From Daejeonella sp. (lineage in GTDB: Bacteria; Bacteroidota; Bacteroidia; Sphingobacteriales; Sphingobacteriaceae): 64,000 bases of DNA. Location: assembly GCA_039934815.1 (NCBI GenBank), contig JBDTLL010000001.1, positions 1,010 to 65,009 of the forward strand, written 5' to 3'. The notes under the pieces were generated by a model. That model was not told the DNA's origin. It searched no databases and saw nothing but the letters and a program-made list of their open reading frames with translations. Both the position numbers and the translations under genes were made by a program. Below, one piece after another: positions 11,098 to 21,140 of the stretch. Positions within the stretch are counted from its first letter, which is position 1. Each line of letters opens with the position of its first letter.

Positions 11098-11351
11098 AGT
11101 AGTATGTTTTTAGAGGTAGATATTTGCAATAACTTAAGTTAGATAATTTATGTAAGAATTAACATAATTTATGCCAAAAAAGTTAATTAACGGTTTCAGG
11201 CAAAATTCAGCTTGTTTTGTTTAAAATTTTCAATTTAAATAAAAGTTATTTCTTTAAAGTAAACACTTCTTTCAATTTTTGCGAGCAAAGAGAAAAACTA
11301 AAAACACAATTTTTTAGTAAATTAAAGCCAGATTTCGAAAGAGGTTAACCT

Positions 11352-14300
11352 ATGGAAAATGTAAGTGACAATTACCATTTTTTGATAAAAAAATTGGATG
11401 AATTTGTCCGAAAATTTTATCTGAACAGGATTTTACGGGGAACTATTTATCTTCTAAGTAGCTTTTTTGTCCTTTTTCTAATATTCAACTTTGCCGAGTA
11501 CTGGGGTAATTTTAATCCGATAGGTCGGAGAGTTTTGTTCTACGGATTCTTGATTTTCAATCTGGCTATCTTCACCTATTACATTCTTATCCCGCTATTC
11601 TCTTATTTCCGACTGGGAAAAATTATTAGTTATGAAAAAGCATCTTTAATTATCGGAGATCATTTTCATCCTATAAAAGATAAATTATTAAACACACTAC
11701 AACTTAAAAAACTAGTTGAAAGCAATGCAGAGCACAACGAATTAATAATCGCCAGCATCAATCAGCGCATCGTTGAATTAAACCCAATTCCGTTTACGTC
11801 GGCAATCCGCTTAAGCGAGAACAAAAAATATTTAAAATTTGCGGTAATTCCTTTATCCTTAATTGTTTGTGTACTATTTTTAGCTCCAAGTATTCTGGAC
11901 GACAGTACAAACCGGATCATTCATTTTAATAAGCATTTTGAAAAACCTGCACCTTTTGAATTTATAATAATTAATAAAAATTTAAATGCCGTTTCCGGCG
12001 ATGATTATAAAATTGAAATAAAATTGGTTGGGAACGAAATCCCTCAAGAAGTTTATCTGGAAGATGGTCAAAACACATTTAAGCTCGACAAAGAATCGAT
12101 AGTACGGTTCAATTATCTTTTCAAAAATCTTCAGAAAGATAAAACCATTCATTTTTCTGCCGGAGGATATTCATCTCCCTCTTATACAATTAATGTTAAG
12201 CGAAGACCCGAAATCACCAATTTTGATGTCAAATTAAACTATCCTTCCTATTTGGGTAAAAAAAATGAAACCGTTTCTAACAATGGCGATTTTGTAATTC
12301 CGGAAGGAACCCGGTTAACCTGGGTTTTAAAAACTGAAAACGTCGATAAAGTAGAATTTGTAAGCAATGGTAAAAAATTGCCGTTCCGGTTAGAAAAAAG
12401 AGATACTTATCATTTTGAAAAAAGAGCTTTGGATAATTTTGAATATAATTTAAAGCCCGCTAATTCTGATATTAAGGTTAATGATGAATTATCCTATCAT
12501 GTGCAGGTAATTCCAGATTTATTCCCTGCTATTCAAGTGGTAGAAAAACCAGATTCAGTGAATAACAAGGTAATATATTTTGTAGGACAGCTAAACGATG
12601 ATTACGGTTTCAGTAAATTAACTTTTGACGCGAAAGTTGTTGATCCGGAAAATGGAAAAGTGCTGAGGCACTTAATTCAGTCAATTCCTTTCAATAAAAA
12701 TGGTTTGCAAAGCAGTTTTTTTCACGCCCAGGATTTTAAAACTCTGGTCTCCTCCGGTCAGAACATTGAATACTTTTTTGAAGTTTGGGATAATGACGCG
12801 GTAAATGGCGCTAAATCAAAAAGATCAGAAGTAAAAGTGTTTAAATCTTTATCATCTGCTGAAGTAGAAAAGCAACTTGACGCCAATACTGAATCAGTAA
12901 AAAATAAAATGGACCAGGCTATTCTTAAAGCTGCTGAAGTAGAAAAAGAAGCTAAGCGACTGAACCAAGCCCTGGTTGAAAAGAAAACGCTTACGTATGA
13001 CGATAAGAAACAAGTTGAACAGTTGTTATCTAAGCAAAAAGAATTAGAAAGCCTGATTAAAGACATTCAGAAAGACAATAAACAAAATCAATTTGAACAG
13101 AAAGAAAATCAAAATTTGAACGAAGAATTGCTGCAAAAACAGAAGCAAATTGAAGATCTTTTCAACAATATTCTAGATGAAAAGACCCGCGAAATTCTGA
13201 AAAACATTCAAAAACTTTTAGAACAGAATGATAAAAATCTAACTCAGGATGAATTATCAAAAATGCAAATGGATCAAAAATCTTTGCAGAAAGAACTCGA
13301 CAGGATATTAGAATTGTATAAACAGCTGGAATTTGACCAAAAGCTAGCTTTAACTACCGATAAGCTTAAGGAACTATCTAAACAGCAAGAAAAATTAGGC
13401 GAATTAACCAAAGAAAAGAAAGAATCAACAGACCAACTAAAAAAAGAGCAGGTAGAATTAAACAAGGATTTCTCAGAAATTAAAAAGAACCTGGACGAGC
13501 TTCAGCAAAAAAACCAATTACTTGAAAAACCGAACGATTTTCAAAATCCCGAAAAGGAACAGCAAGTTATAGAAGAACAGCAGAAACAAAGTTCAGAGAA
13601 TCTTGATAAACAAAATAGAGACAAAGCTTCCCAGAATCAGAAAAATGCGGCCGAAAAAATGCAGCAACTGGCTCAAAAGCTGGAAAATATGCAGCAGGAA
13701 AGTGAGATGGAAGAAAATGAGGTAAACATCCAAAGTCTCCGTGAAATATTGGACAACCTGCTCATAACTTCCTTTGATCAGGAAAAAGTGATGCAAACTT
13801 TGAAAATCATGAACCCTGCTGATCCGAATTTTTCTATGAATGTTCAAAAGCAAAAAGATATCAGGGATCATCTAAAAATGGTTGAAGACAGCCTTTATTC
13901 CTTAAGCAGAAAGGTGCCGCAAATAGAGACTGTTGTCAATAAAGAAATTCAAACTATTAACAACAGTGTTAAATTGTCGCTAGAAAACCTCTCTGACCGA
14001 AAAATCCCTGAGGCAAATCGAAATCAACAGTTTGCGATGACCTCTATTAATAATTTGGCCCTGATGTTGAGTGAGGCCTTGGATCAATTACAAAAGGCGC
14101 AACGCAATGCACAATCTGGGGGAAAAGGCAAGAAAAAACAAAGCCTTTCTCAATTAAGTAAAATGCAGGAACAGCTTAACAAAAATATGCAGCAGGCAAG
14201 GCAACAAATGCAGCAGGAAGGCGGTCAGGGCAAGCAAAGTCAGGGAAAAAGTTCTATGAGCCAATCCTTAGCAAAAATGGCCAGAGAGCAGCAAATGATT

Positions 14301-14696
14301 AGACAGGCGATGCAGGAAATTAACAGAGAAATGAATAAAGACGGTCAAAATGGTTTAGGCAACCTGGACAAGCTGATGAAACAGATGGAACAAACTGAAA
14401 CTGATCTCGTAAACCGAAAGATTCAGCAAGAAACTATTGTTAGGCAACAAGAAATTTTAACTAAATTGCTCGAGGCAGAAAAAGCAGATCGTGAGAGGGA
14501 GCAGGATGTTAAAAGAGAGAGCAAAAAGGGGCTTGACATGGCTCCAGATTATAAAATGTTCCTTCAGGAATATCAAAAAATTAAACAGCGTGAGACTGAA
14601 TTATTGATGACAGTACCTCCCGCTCTAAATTCATTTTACAAAATAAAAGTGGGAGATTATTTTAAATTCTTAAATTCGGGTAATAATGAGCACTAA
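11352..14696 (+). CDS. DUF4175-like membrane-anchored long coiled-coil protein
   Basis: N-terminal TM helices, Ig-like middle (DDYGFSKL, VWDNDAVNG), long Q/E/K-rich coiled coil. Confidence 0.75.
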   Translation: MENVSDNYHFLIKKLDEFVRKFYLNRILRGTIYLLSSFFVLFLIFNFAEYWGNFNPIGRRVLFYGFLIFNLAIFTYYILIPLFSYFRLGKIISYEKASLIIGDHFHPIKDKLLNTLQLKKLVESNAEHNELIIASINQRIVELNPIPFTSAIRLSENKKYLKFAVIPLSLIVCVLFLAPSILDDSTNRIIHFNKHFEKPAPFEFIIINKNLNAVSGDDYKIEIKLVGNEIPQEVYLEDGQNTFKLDKESIVRFNYLFKNLQKDKTIHFSAGGYSSPSYTINVKRRPEITNFDVKLNYPSYLGKKNETVSNNGDFVIPEGTRLTWVLKTENVDKVEFVSNGKKLPFRLEKRDTYHFEKRALDNFEYNLKPANSDIKVNDELSYHVQVIPDLFPAIQVVEKPDSVNNKVIYFVGQLNDDYGFSKLTFDAKVVDPENGKVLRHLIQSIPFNKNGLQSSFFHAQDFKTLVSSGQNIEYFFEVWDNDAVNGAKSKRSEVKVFKSLSSAEVEKQLDANTESVKNKMDQAILKAAEVEKEAKRLNQALVEKKTLTYDDKKQVEQLLSKQKELESLIKDIQKDNKQNQFEQKENQNLNEELLQKQKQIEDLFNNILDEKTREILKNIQKLLEQNDKNLTQDELSKMQMDQKSLQKELDRILELYKQLEFDQKLALTTDKLKELSKQQEKLGELTKEKKESTDQLKKEQVELNKDFSEIKKNLDELQQKNQLLEKPNDFQNPEKEQQVIEEQQKQSSENLDKQNRDKASQNQKNAAEKMQQLAQKLENMQQESEMEENEVNIQSLREILDNLLITSFDQEKVMQTLKIMNPADPNFSMNVQKQKDIRDHLKMVEDSLYSLSRKVPQIETVVNKEIQTINNSVKLSLENLSDRKIPEANRNQQFAMTSINNLALMLSEALDQLQKAQRNAQSGGKGKKKQSLSQLSKMQEQLNKNMQQARQQMQQEGGQGKQSQGKSSMSQSLAKMAREQQMIRQAMQEINREMNKDGQNGLGNLDKLMKQMEQTETDLVNRKIQQETIVRQQEILTKLLEAEKADREREQDVKRESKKGLDMAPDYKMFLQEYQKIKQRETELLMTVPPALNSFYKIKVGDYFKFLNSGNNEH

Positions 14697-15120
14697 CTCG
14701 ATTGATTTTTCAGATAACACAGGCTTATATACCCTGCAGTTACCCTCTAAAATAGACAGTATACTTACGGTCGAAAACTTCATTGAAAACCTTCGGGATA
14801 AATATGATTTAAGCGAAGAGACCTATGCAAATGTACTGATCTGCCTAAGCGAAGCGGTAAACAATGCTATTGTACATGGCAATAAGGAAGATGCTTCTAA
14901 AAAGGTTTTCTTGAACCTGGAAGTTATTGAAGGAAAAAGAATGATTTTTACCATTGCCGATGAAGGTGACGGTTTTGATTATAATAACCTGCCTGATCCT
15001 ACCGATCCGGAGAATTTGGAAAATTATAGTGGCAGAGGGGTTTTTATTATCAAAAAACTTGCTGACCAATGTATTTTTAATACAAAAGGGAACGAATTGG
15101 AGCTACACTTTAAATTCTAA
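14686..15120 (+). CDS. RsbW-like anti-sigma/Ser-Thr kinase (HATPase_c_2)
   Basis: EAVNNAIVHGN, IADEGDGFD, GRGVFII. Confidence 0.88.
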   Translation: MSTNSIDFSDNTGLYTLQLPSKIDSILTVENFIENLRDKYDLSEETYANVLICLSEAVNNAIVHGNKEDASKKVFLNLEVIEGKRMIFTIADEGDGFDYNNLPDPTDPENLENYSGRGVFIIKKLADQCIFNTKGNELELHFKF

Positions 15121-15554
15121 TGCCCCAATACCCGATTCATTTTTTTTCTGAAGAGATAGAGTTTACTATAAAACAAAAAATGGCCGTAAGGTCCTGGATT
15201 AGAGATACCATCAAGTCTGAAAATTATAAACTCGGCGAATTAAATTTCATTTTCTGCAGTGATGAATATCTGTTGAATATTAATCAGGAATATTTAAATC
15301 ACGATACATTTACAGACATCGTAACATTCGATAATAGCGAAACTGACGGTCTTATAATTGGTGATATTTTTATCAGCATAGACCGAGTCAAAGAAAATTC
15401 AAAAAAATTTAAGGTAAATGAAACAGATGAATTGCACCGTGTAATTATTCACGGCACACTTCATTTGTTAGGATATCCCGACAAAGGTCAAAAAGCGAAA
15501 AAGCTGATGACTGAAAAAGAAGATCAATATCTAGCTTGCAGAGCCTTTGTTTAG
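15120..15554 (+). CDS. ybeY: rRNA maturation endoribonuclease YbeY
   Basis: TDIVTF, GDIFIS, HGTLHLLGY. Confidence 0.96.
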   Translation: MPQYPIHFFSEEIEFTIKQKMAVRSWIRDTIKSENYKLGELNFIFCSDEYLLNINQEYLNHDTFTDIVTFDNSETDGLIIGDIFISIDRVKENSKKFKVNETDELHRVIIHGTLHLLGYPDKGQKAKKLMTEKEDQYLACRAFV

Positions 15555-16265
15555 TTATTGCATTGGAACATCAATAATCAGAATCTTAGAATTCTCTAAT
15601 ACTTTAATATCAAAATCCTCTGTTTGATATACGCCTACAGCATCTCTTTTATTAAATATTTCGCCGTCTATTTCAATTTTACCTTCAATTAAAAATACAT
15701 AAGCTCCGTTACCGGGATGTTTGATCCGATAATTTTGAGCCATTCCTTCACTAAAGTTTCCAAGACTGAAATATGCATCCTGATTTATCCACATGCTATT
15801 TTCTTCTCCGCTCGGAGAAACTAAAACATGAAAATGGTTGTCTTTCTTCTCTATTTCAAACTTCTTTTGATCATACCTTGGTTCTATATTATCTTTTTTA
15901 GGAAAAACCCATAGCTGGAGTAAATTAACTTCTTCTGTTTTTGAGCCATTAAATTCAGAATGACGGATTCCGCTACCAGCAGACATTACCTGAACTTCTC
16001 CCGGACCAATTAAGCCTTCAGAACCCAGACTGTCCTTATGTGCCAATGATCCTTTCAAGGGAATGGTCACAATTTCCATATTATCGTGTCCATGAGTGCC
16101 AAAACCCATTCCGGGAGCTATTATATCATCATTGAGAACTCGTAACAATCCAAAATTATTTTTAATTGGATCATAGTAGTTTGCGAAACTAAACGAGTGA
16201 GCGGCTTTTAACCATCCATGATTTTGCATGCCCCTTTCATCTGCACGATAAATTAACTTTTTCAT
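15555..16265 (-). CDS. Pirin family protein (YhhW-like)
   Basis: HSFSFANYYDP, LRVLNDD, HGHDNMEI, MSAGSGIRHSE. Confidence 0.93.
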   Translation of the reverse strand: MKKLIYRADERGMQNHGWLKAAHSFSFANYYDPIKNNFGLLRVLNDDIIAPGMGFGTHGHDNMEIVTIPLKGSLAHKDSLGSEGLIGPGEVQVMSAGSGIRHSEFNGSKTEEVNLLQLWVFPKKDNIEPRYDQKKFEIEKKDNHFHVLVSPSGEENSMWINQDAYFSLGNFSEGMAQNYRIKHPGNGAYVFLIEGKIEIDGEIFNKRDAVGVYQTEDFDIKVLENSKILIIDVPMQ

Positions 16266-16351
16266 ACTTAGTGAATTAAATTACATGTTTAAACACACAA
16301 CTTTTATTCCAAACATCTATTTACGTACCTTTGCAGCTATTTAATAAATAT

Positions 16352-17008
16352 ATGTCGCGTAAAGCTATATTAATTGGTGCGAGTGGACTTATTGGCAGTA
16401 ATTTGCTCCAAGTAATTTTAGACGGAAGTTATTATTCTGACGTGTTGACTTTATCGAGATCAGAATTGCAAATCACTCATCCTAAATTAGTAAAGAAAAT
16501 TATAAATTTTGATGATACAAGTAGTTTTGAAAATCTAATTTATGGCGACGCGATTTTCAGTTGTCTTGGAACTACTAAGGGTGAAACCCCCGATAATTCT
16601 GAATACAAAAAAATAGACCATGATTATCCATTGCAGTTTGCCGAATTAGGAATCAAAAACGGGGTCAATCAATTCCATATTGTTTCATCATTAGGCGCCG
16701 ATGAAAATTCTTCAAACAATTATTTGAAGCTAAAAGGAACGCTTGAAAAAAGTCTTATAAGCTTGAATATCAAGTCATTGCACATTTATCAACCTTCGTT
16801 TTTAACAGGTGACAGAAAAGAAAATCGGCTTATGGAGAAACTTTTAGCACCATTAATCAAGCTCATTAACCCATTGTTGATAGGGAAATTAAAAAATTAT
16901 AGAAGTATAAAGGCGTTAGATGTTGCAAAGGCAATGTATAATCAGTCAACAAAAGAAATGGAGGGAACTTTTATATATCCATCCGAACAAATTAAAAAAT
17001 TAGTGTGA
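16352..17008 (+). CDS. NAD(P)-binding Rossmann oxidoreductase (TIP30/YraR-like)
   Basis: GASGLIG, CLGTT, VSSLGAD, YLKLKG. ATG at 16352 is preferred because the TTG at 16331 lies inside a TACCTTTG -7 element (16326-16333). Confidence 0.85.
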   Translation: MSRKAILIGASGLIGSNLLQVILDGSYYSDVLTLSRSELQITHPKLVKKIINFDDTSSFENLIYGDAIFSCLGTTKGETPDNSEYKKIDHDYPLQFAELGIKNGVNQFHIVSSLGADENSSNNYLKLKGTLEKSLISLNIKSLHIYQPSFLTGDRKENRLMEKLLAPLIKLINPLLIGKLKNYRSIKALDVAKAMYNQSTKEMEGTFIYPSEQIKKLV

Positions 17009-18861
17009 GTATTCTATCTACAGAACAATTAGGCCATTCTTTTAACGATGCCTGGCTATTTAAAGATTTATATGTTGGTATTTCTAAAGGAGACCGAGTG
17101 GCCCTTGTTGGAATTAACGGGACCGGTAAATCAACCTTATTAAAAATACTTTCCGGACGATTGGCGCCATCACTGGGTAAAGTTGTTACCGAAAGAGATT
17201 TAAAGATCGGGTACCTTGAACAGGATCCAACTTTTAATGAAAAATCTACCATTGCAGACTTTATTTATTCAATTGGAAATATTCAACAACAGTTGATCAG
17301 ACAATATGAAGAAGAGTTAGAGAAGCCCATTCATGACGAAGCTTTATTATCCCATTTAATGGATGAATTAAGTAATCAAAATGCATGGGAATATGAGTAT
17401 GAAATTAAAACTATTCTTGGTCGGTTAGGAATTCAGCATTTAGAACAAGAGATTTCCACTTTATCAGGTGGACAGAGAAAACGCTTAGCATTAGCAAAAC
17501 TCCTGATTGATGACCCGGATGTTTACATTCTGGACGAACCAACCAACCATTTAGACATTGAAACAATTGAGTGGCTCGAAAATTTTCTAACCACAGGCCA
17601 GAAAACAATCGTATTGGTTACTCACGATCGCTATTTTCTGGATAACGTGAGCAGCCAAATTATCGAGCTTGACAAGGGAAAATTATATTCTTACAAAGGT
17701 AATTATAGTTATTACTTAGAGCGAAAAGCAGAACAGGATGCGGCAACTGATGCAGCTTTTGAAAAAAATTCCAACTTATTGAGAAAAGAACTGGAATGGA
17801 TGCGACGCCAGCCAAAAGCCAGAACAACTAAATCGAAATCAAGAATCGATTCGTTTTATGATCTGGAGGAAAAAACTAAAGGCAGACAAGGTAAATCAAC
17901 CCTGGAATTGAGTGTGAATGTATCCCGACAGGGCAATAAAATTTTAGAACTTGATCATGTATCCAAAAGCTTTGAAGGAAAGGTGATCATGCAGAATTTT
18001 AGTTACACATTTAAAAAAGGTGATCGAATTGGTGTTGCCGGGAAAAACGGAACCGGGAAATCAACGTTATTAAATTTAATTACCGGTGCGTACAATCCCG
18101 ATTCTGGTAAAATTAATTTGGGCGAAACTACCCTTTTTGGCTACTATCGTCAGGGCGGTTTAGAGTTCAATGATGACGATCGGGTAATTGATGTTGTAAA
18201 AAATGTTGCTGAGTATATAACAATGGCCGATGGTAAAAATCTTACTGCAAGCCAGGTTCTAACACATTTTCTCTTCCCTCCTGCAAAGCAGTTTGGTTTT
18301 GTAAATAAATTAAGCGGTGGAGAAAAGAAGCGGTTACAATTAATGCGGGTTTTAATGAAAAACCCAAATTTCATGATTTTAGATGAGCCGACAAATGATT
18401 TGGATATTGATACCTTAAACGTACTGGAAGATTTTCTTTTAAACTTTCCAGGTGTTTTAATGTTGGTTTCTCACGATAGATACTTAATTGACAGATTAAC
18501 GGAACAGCTATTTATTTTCGAAGGAGATGGGAACGTTCGTATCTATTCGGGAAATTATACAGATTACCGTTTTGAGCAGGAAGATCTTAAATCAGCTAAA
18601 AAAATAGTTACTAAAATCGAAGAGAAACCCGTTATAATTAGTAACACTAAAAAACTAACTTTTAAAGAGCAAAAAGAATTACAGGATCTGGAAACTGGAA
18701 TTAAAACTTCCGAAGATCAAATTTCAACGTTAACTGAAGAATTAAATTCCGGTATCAGCGATCACACCAGGCTTTCAGAATTAGCTATTTCTATACAAAA
18801 ATTAAATACCACTATCGAGCATCAAACATTGCGCTGGATGGAATTATCCGACAAAAATTAA
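17005..18861 (+). CDS. ABC-F family ATPase (Uup-like)
   Basis: Two ABC domains (GINGTGKST, LSGGQ, DEPTNHLD; GKNGTGKST, LSGGE), no TM helices, C-terminal coiled coil; GTGA overlap with upstream stop. Confidence 0.92.
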   Translation: MSILSTEQLGHSFNDAWLFKDLYVGISKGDRVALVGINGTGKSTLLKILSGRLAPSLGKVVTERDLKIGYLEQDPTFNEKSTIADFIYSIGNIQQQLIRQYEEELEKPIHDEALLSHLMDELSNQNAWEYEYEIKTILGRLGIQHLEQEISTLSGGQRKRLALAKLLIDDPDVYILDEPTNHLDIETIEWLENFLTTGQKTIVLVTHDRYFLDNVSSQIIELDKGKLYSYKGNYSYYLERKAEQDAATDAAFEKNSNLLRKELEWMRRQPKARTTKSKSRIDSFYDLEEKTKGRQGKSTLELSVNVSRQGNKILELDHVSKSFEGKVIMQNFSYTFKKGDRIGVAGKNGTGKSTLLNLITGAYNPDSGKINLGETTLFGYYRQGGLEFNDDDRVIDVVKNVAEYITMADGKNLTASQVLTHFLFPPAKQFGFVNKLSGGEKKRLQLMRVLMKNPNFMILDEPTNDLDIDTLNVLEDFLLNFPGVLMLVSHDRYLIDRLTEQLFIFEGDGNVRIYSGNYTDYRFEQEDLKSAKKIVTKIEEKPVIISNTKKLTFKEQKELQDLETGIKTSEDQISTLTEELNSGISDHTRLSELAISIQKLNTTIEHQTLRWMELSDKN

Positions 18862-19109
18862 TGAAAACATCAGATATTATTGCGTCGATCGGCGTTACAC
18901 TGTTATTAATAGCTTTCTTTTTAAATCTTAAGAAGAAATTAAAAACAGAAGATAAAATTTACATAATATTAAATATTGTAGGCGCTGGAATGTGCGGTGT
19001 ATCCTCTTATATGATCAAATTTTATCCTTTTGTATTATTAGAAGGGGTATGGGCAACAGTAGCTGCAGCATCTCTATTTAAGAGTGTTTCACGTGAAACA
19101 CTTAAATAA
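18861..19109 (+). CDS. Small membrane protein (CBU_0592-like)
   Basis: 82 aa, three hydrophobic segments, LNIVGA and YPFVLLEGVW. Confidence 0.75.
   Translation: MKTSDIIASIGVTLLLIAFFLNLKKKLKTEDKIYIILNIVGAGMCGVSSYMIKFYPFVLLEGVWATVAAASLFKSVSRETLK
19085..19100. promoter_or_regulatory. parS site (perfect consensus)
   Basis: TGTTTCACGTGAAACA; palindrome extends to 20 bp (19083-19102). Confidence 0.93.
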
Positions 19110-19119
19110 ACTTATTAAA

Positions 19120-19135
19120 AGTTCCACGTGGAACG
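19120..19135. promoter_or_regulatory. Second parS site
   Basis: aGTTCCACGTGGAACg, 14-bp palindromic core, 19 bp after the first site. Confidence 0.85.
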
Positions 19136-19144
19136 TAAAGGCAA

Positions 19145-21007
19145 ATGTTTAAAAAATACGACGTTATAGTAGTTGGAGCAGGCCACGCAGGTTGTGAAGC
19201 TGCCGCGGCTGCTGCAAACTTAGGTTCTAAAGTGTTATTAATAACCATGAATATGGGAACTATAGCACAAATGAGTTGCAACCCCGCAATGGGTGGAGTT
19301 GCTAAAGGTCAAATTGTGCGGGAAATTGATGCAATGGGCGGTTATTCAGGAATAATTACCGACAAAACAACAATTCAATTTCGTATGTTAAATCGCTCCA
19401 AAGGACCCGCGATGTGGAGTCCGAGAGCCCAAAATGACCGGATGCGATTTGCCGAAGAATGGAGATTACAACTGGAACAAACACCCAACGTAGATTTCTG
19501 GCAAGACACCGTAAACGATCTAATAGTTAAGGGAGATAAAGTTTGTGGAGTTATCACTTCATTGGGAGTACAAATAGAAGCAGATGCTGTTGTATTAACT
19601 AATGGAACGTTCCTTAATGGTATCATACATATAGGCGAAAAGAAATTTGGCGGCGGCAGAACAGGAGAAAAGTCAGCAACCGGTTTAACGGAAAGGCTCG
19701 TAAGTTTAGGTATGGAAGCGGGTCGCATGAAAACTGGTACTCCTCCACGCGTTGACGGAAGATCATTAGATTATTCCAAAATGGAAGAACAATGGGGAGA
19801 TGAAAACCCCGGAAGATTTTCATTTACTGATACTCCCCTCCCAACCCAACAAAGATGTTGCTGGATAACTTATACAAACTCAGCTGTCCATGAAACCTTA
19901 AAAGAAGGATTTGAAAAATCACCAATGTTTACCGGTAGAATTAAAGGACTGGGTCCAAGATATTGCCCATCCATTGAAGACAAAATAAACAGGTTTGCCG
20001 AAAGAGAAAGACATCAAATTTTTGTAGAGCCTGAAGGTTGGAATACAGTAGAAATTTATGTTAATGGGTTTTCAACCTCTTTACCGGAAGAAGTACAATA
20101 TAAAGCATTGACTCATATACCTGGGTTTGAAAATGTAAAAATGTTCCGTCCGGGATATGCGATTGAATATGATTTCTTCCCACCTACCCAACTAAATTTG
20201 ACTCTTGAAACAAAACTAATTAAAAACTTATTTCTGGCGGGACAAATAAACGGAACCACAGGATATGAAGAAGCAGCTTGCCAGGGATTCATGGCCGGAA
20301 TAAATGCACACCAAAAAATAACCGATAAACATGAATTGATCTTGAAAAGATCAGAGTCATATATTGGCGTGCTGATAGATGATTTGGTAACCAAAGGAAC
20401 AGAAGAACCATATCGGATGTTCACATCAAGGGCGGAACACAGATTGTTGTTAAGACAAGATAACGCTGACATTCGCTTAAGTCCAATTGGTTTTGAGCTT
20501 GGATTAATATCACGGGAAAGATTAGATAAGGTTGAAAAGAAAGTAAAAGACTCAGACGAAATTGTTTCCTACTTAAAACAAAAACCAGCAATTCCTTCTC
20601 AAGTTAATCAGATGTTAAATGAACTCGAAACATCTCCAATAAGTCAGAATGTAAAAATGTTCCAGCTAATTACGAGACCTCAGGTAAATTTCTCTGACTT
20701 GCGAAAGGTTGATACAGGCTTTAACGAGTTATTAAACAAATACGACATTGAGACCGTTGAGCAAGCTGAAATAAAAGTTAAGTACGAAAGCTATTTTGAA
20801 AAGGAGTTAGAAATAGTTGGCCGAATGAAACGTATGGAAAACCATGAAATTAATCCCGAGTTTAATTATATAAATTTGGGTTCACTGTCAAAAGAAGCAC
20901 GAGAAAAATTGATGAGAATTAAACCACGAACTTTGGGACAGGCGTCGAGAATTTCTGGAGTTTCTCCATCAGATATTTCAGTTTTAATGGTACACATGTC
21001 AAAATAA
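19145..21007 (+). CDS. mnmG: tRNA uridine 5-carboxymethylaminomethyl modification enzyme MnmG/GidA
   Basis: [43 protein letters not shown]. Confidence 0.98.
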   Translation: MFKKYDVIVVGAGHAGCEAAAAAANLGSKVLLITMNMGTIAQMSCNPAMGGVAKGQIVREIDAMGGYSGIITDKTTIQFRMLNRSKGPAMWSPRAQNDRMRFAEEWRLQLEQTPNVDFWQDTVNDLIVKGDKVCGVITSLGVQIEADAVVLTNGTFLNGIIHIGEKKFGGGRTGEKSATGLTERLVSLGMEAGRMKTGTPPRVDGRSLDYSKMEEQWGDENPGRFSFTDTPLPTQQRCCWITYTNSAVHETLKEGFEKSPMFTGRIKGLGPRYCPSIEDKINRFAERERHQIFVEPEGWNTVEIYVNGFSTSLPEEVQYKALTHIPGFENVKMFRPGYAIEYDFFPPTQLNLTLETKLIKNLFLAGQINGTTGYEEAACQGFMAGINAHQKITDKHELILKRSESYIGVLIDDLVTKGTEEPYRMFTSRAEHRLLLRQDNADIRLSPIGFELGLISRERLDKVEKKVKDSDEIVSYLKQKPAIPSQVNQMLNELETSPISQNVKMFQLITRPQVNFSDLRKVDTGFNELLNKYDIETVEQAEIKVKYESYFEKELEIVGRMKRMENHEINPEFNYINLGSLSKEAREKLMRIKPRTLGQASRISGVSPSDISVLMVHMSK

Positions 21008-21045
21008 TAGTTAACGTATTGATTTACAACTAATTAATACAAAAT

Positions 21046-21083
21046 AATAATGGCTTTAAATTATCTACTTTAAAGCCATTATT
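21046..21083 (+). terminator. 15-bp inverted repeat after mnmG, probable terminator
   Basis: AATAATGGCTTTAAA-ttatctac-TTTAAAGCCATTATT followed by T-rich sequence. Confidence 0.6.
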
Positions 21084-21140
21084 TCATTTTATTTGAACAT
21101 TATATTTAAAAACACCTAAAATTCGTCTAAACGCTTATAA

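Noticed and set aside
12900-14500. Q/E/K-rich repetitive stretch as a tandem repeat or array
   Set aside because: Low-complexity coiled-coil coding sequence with no fixed DNA repeat unit or spacers.
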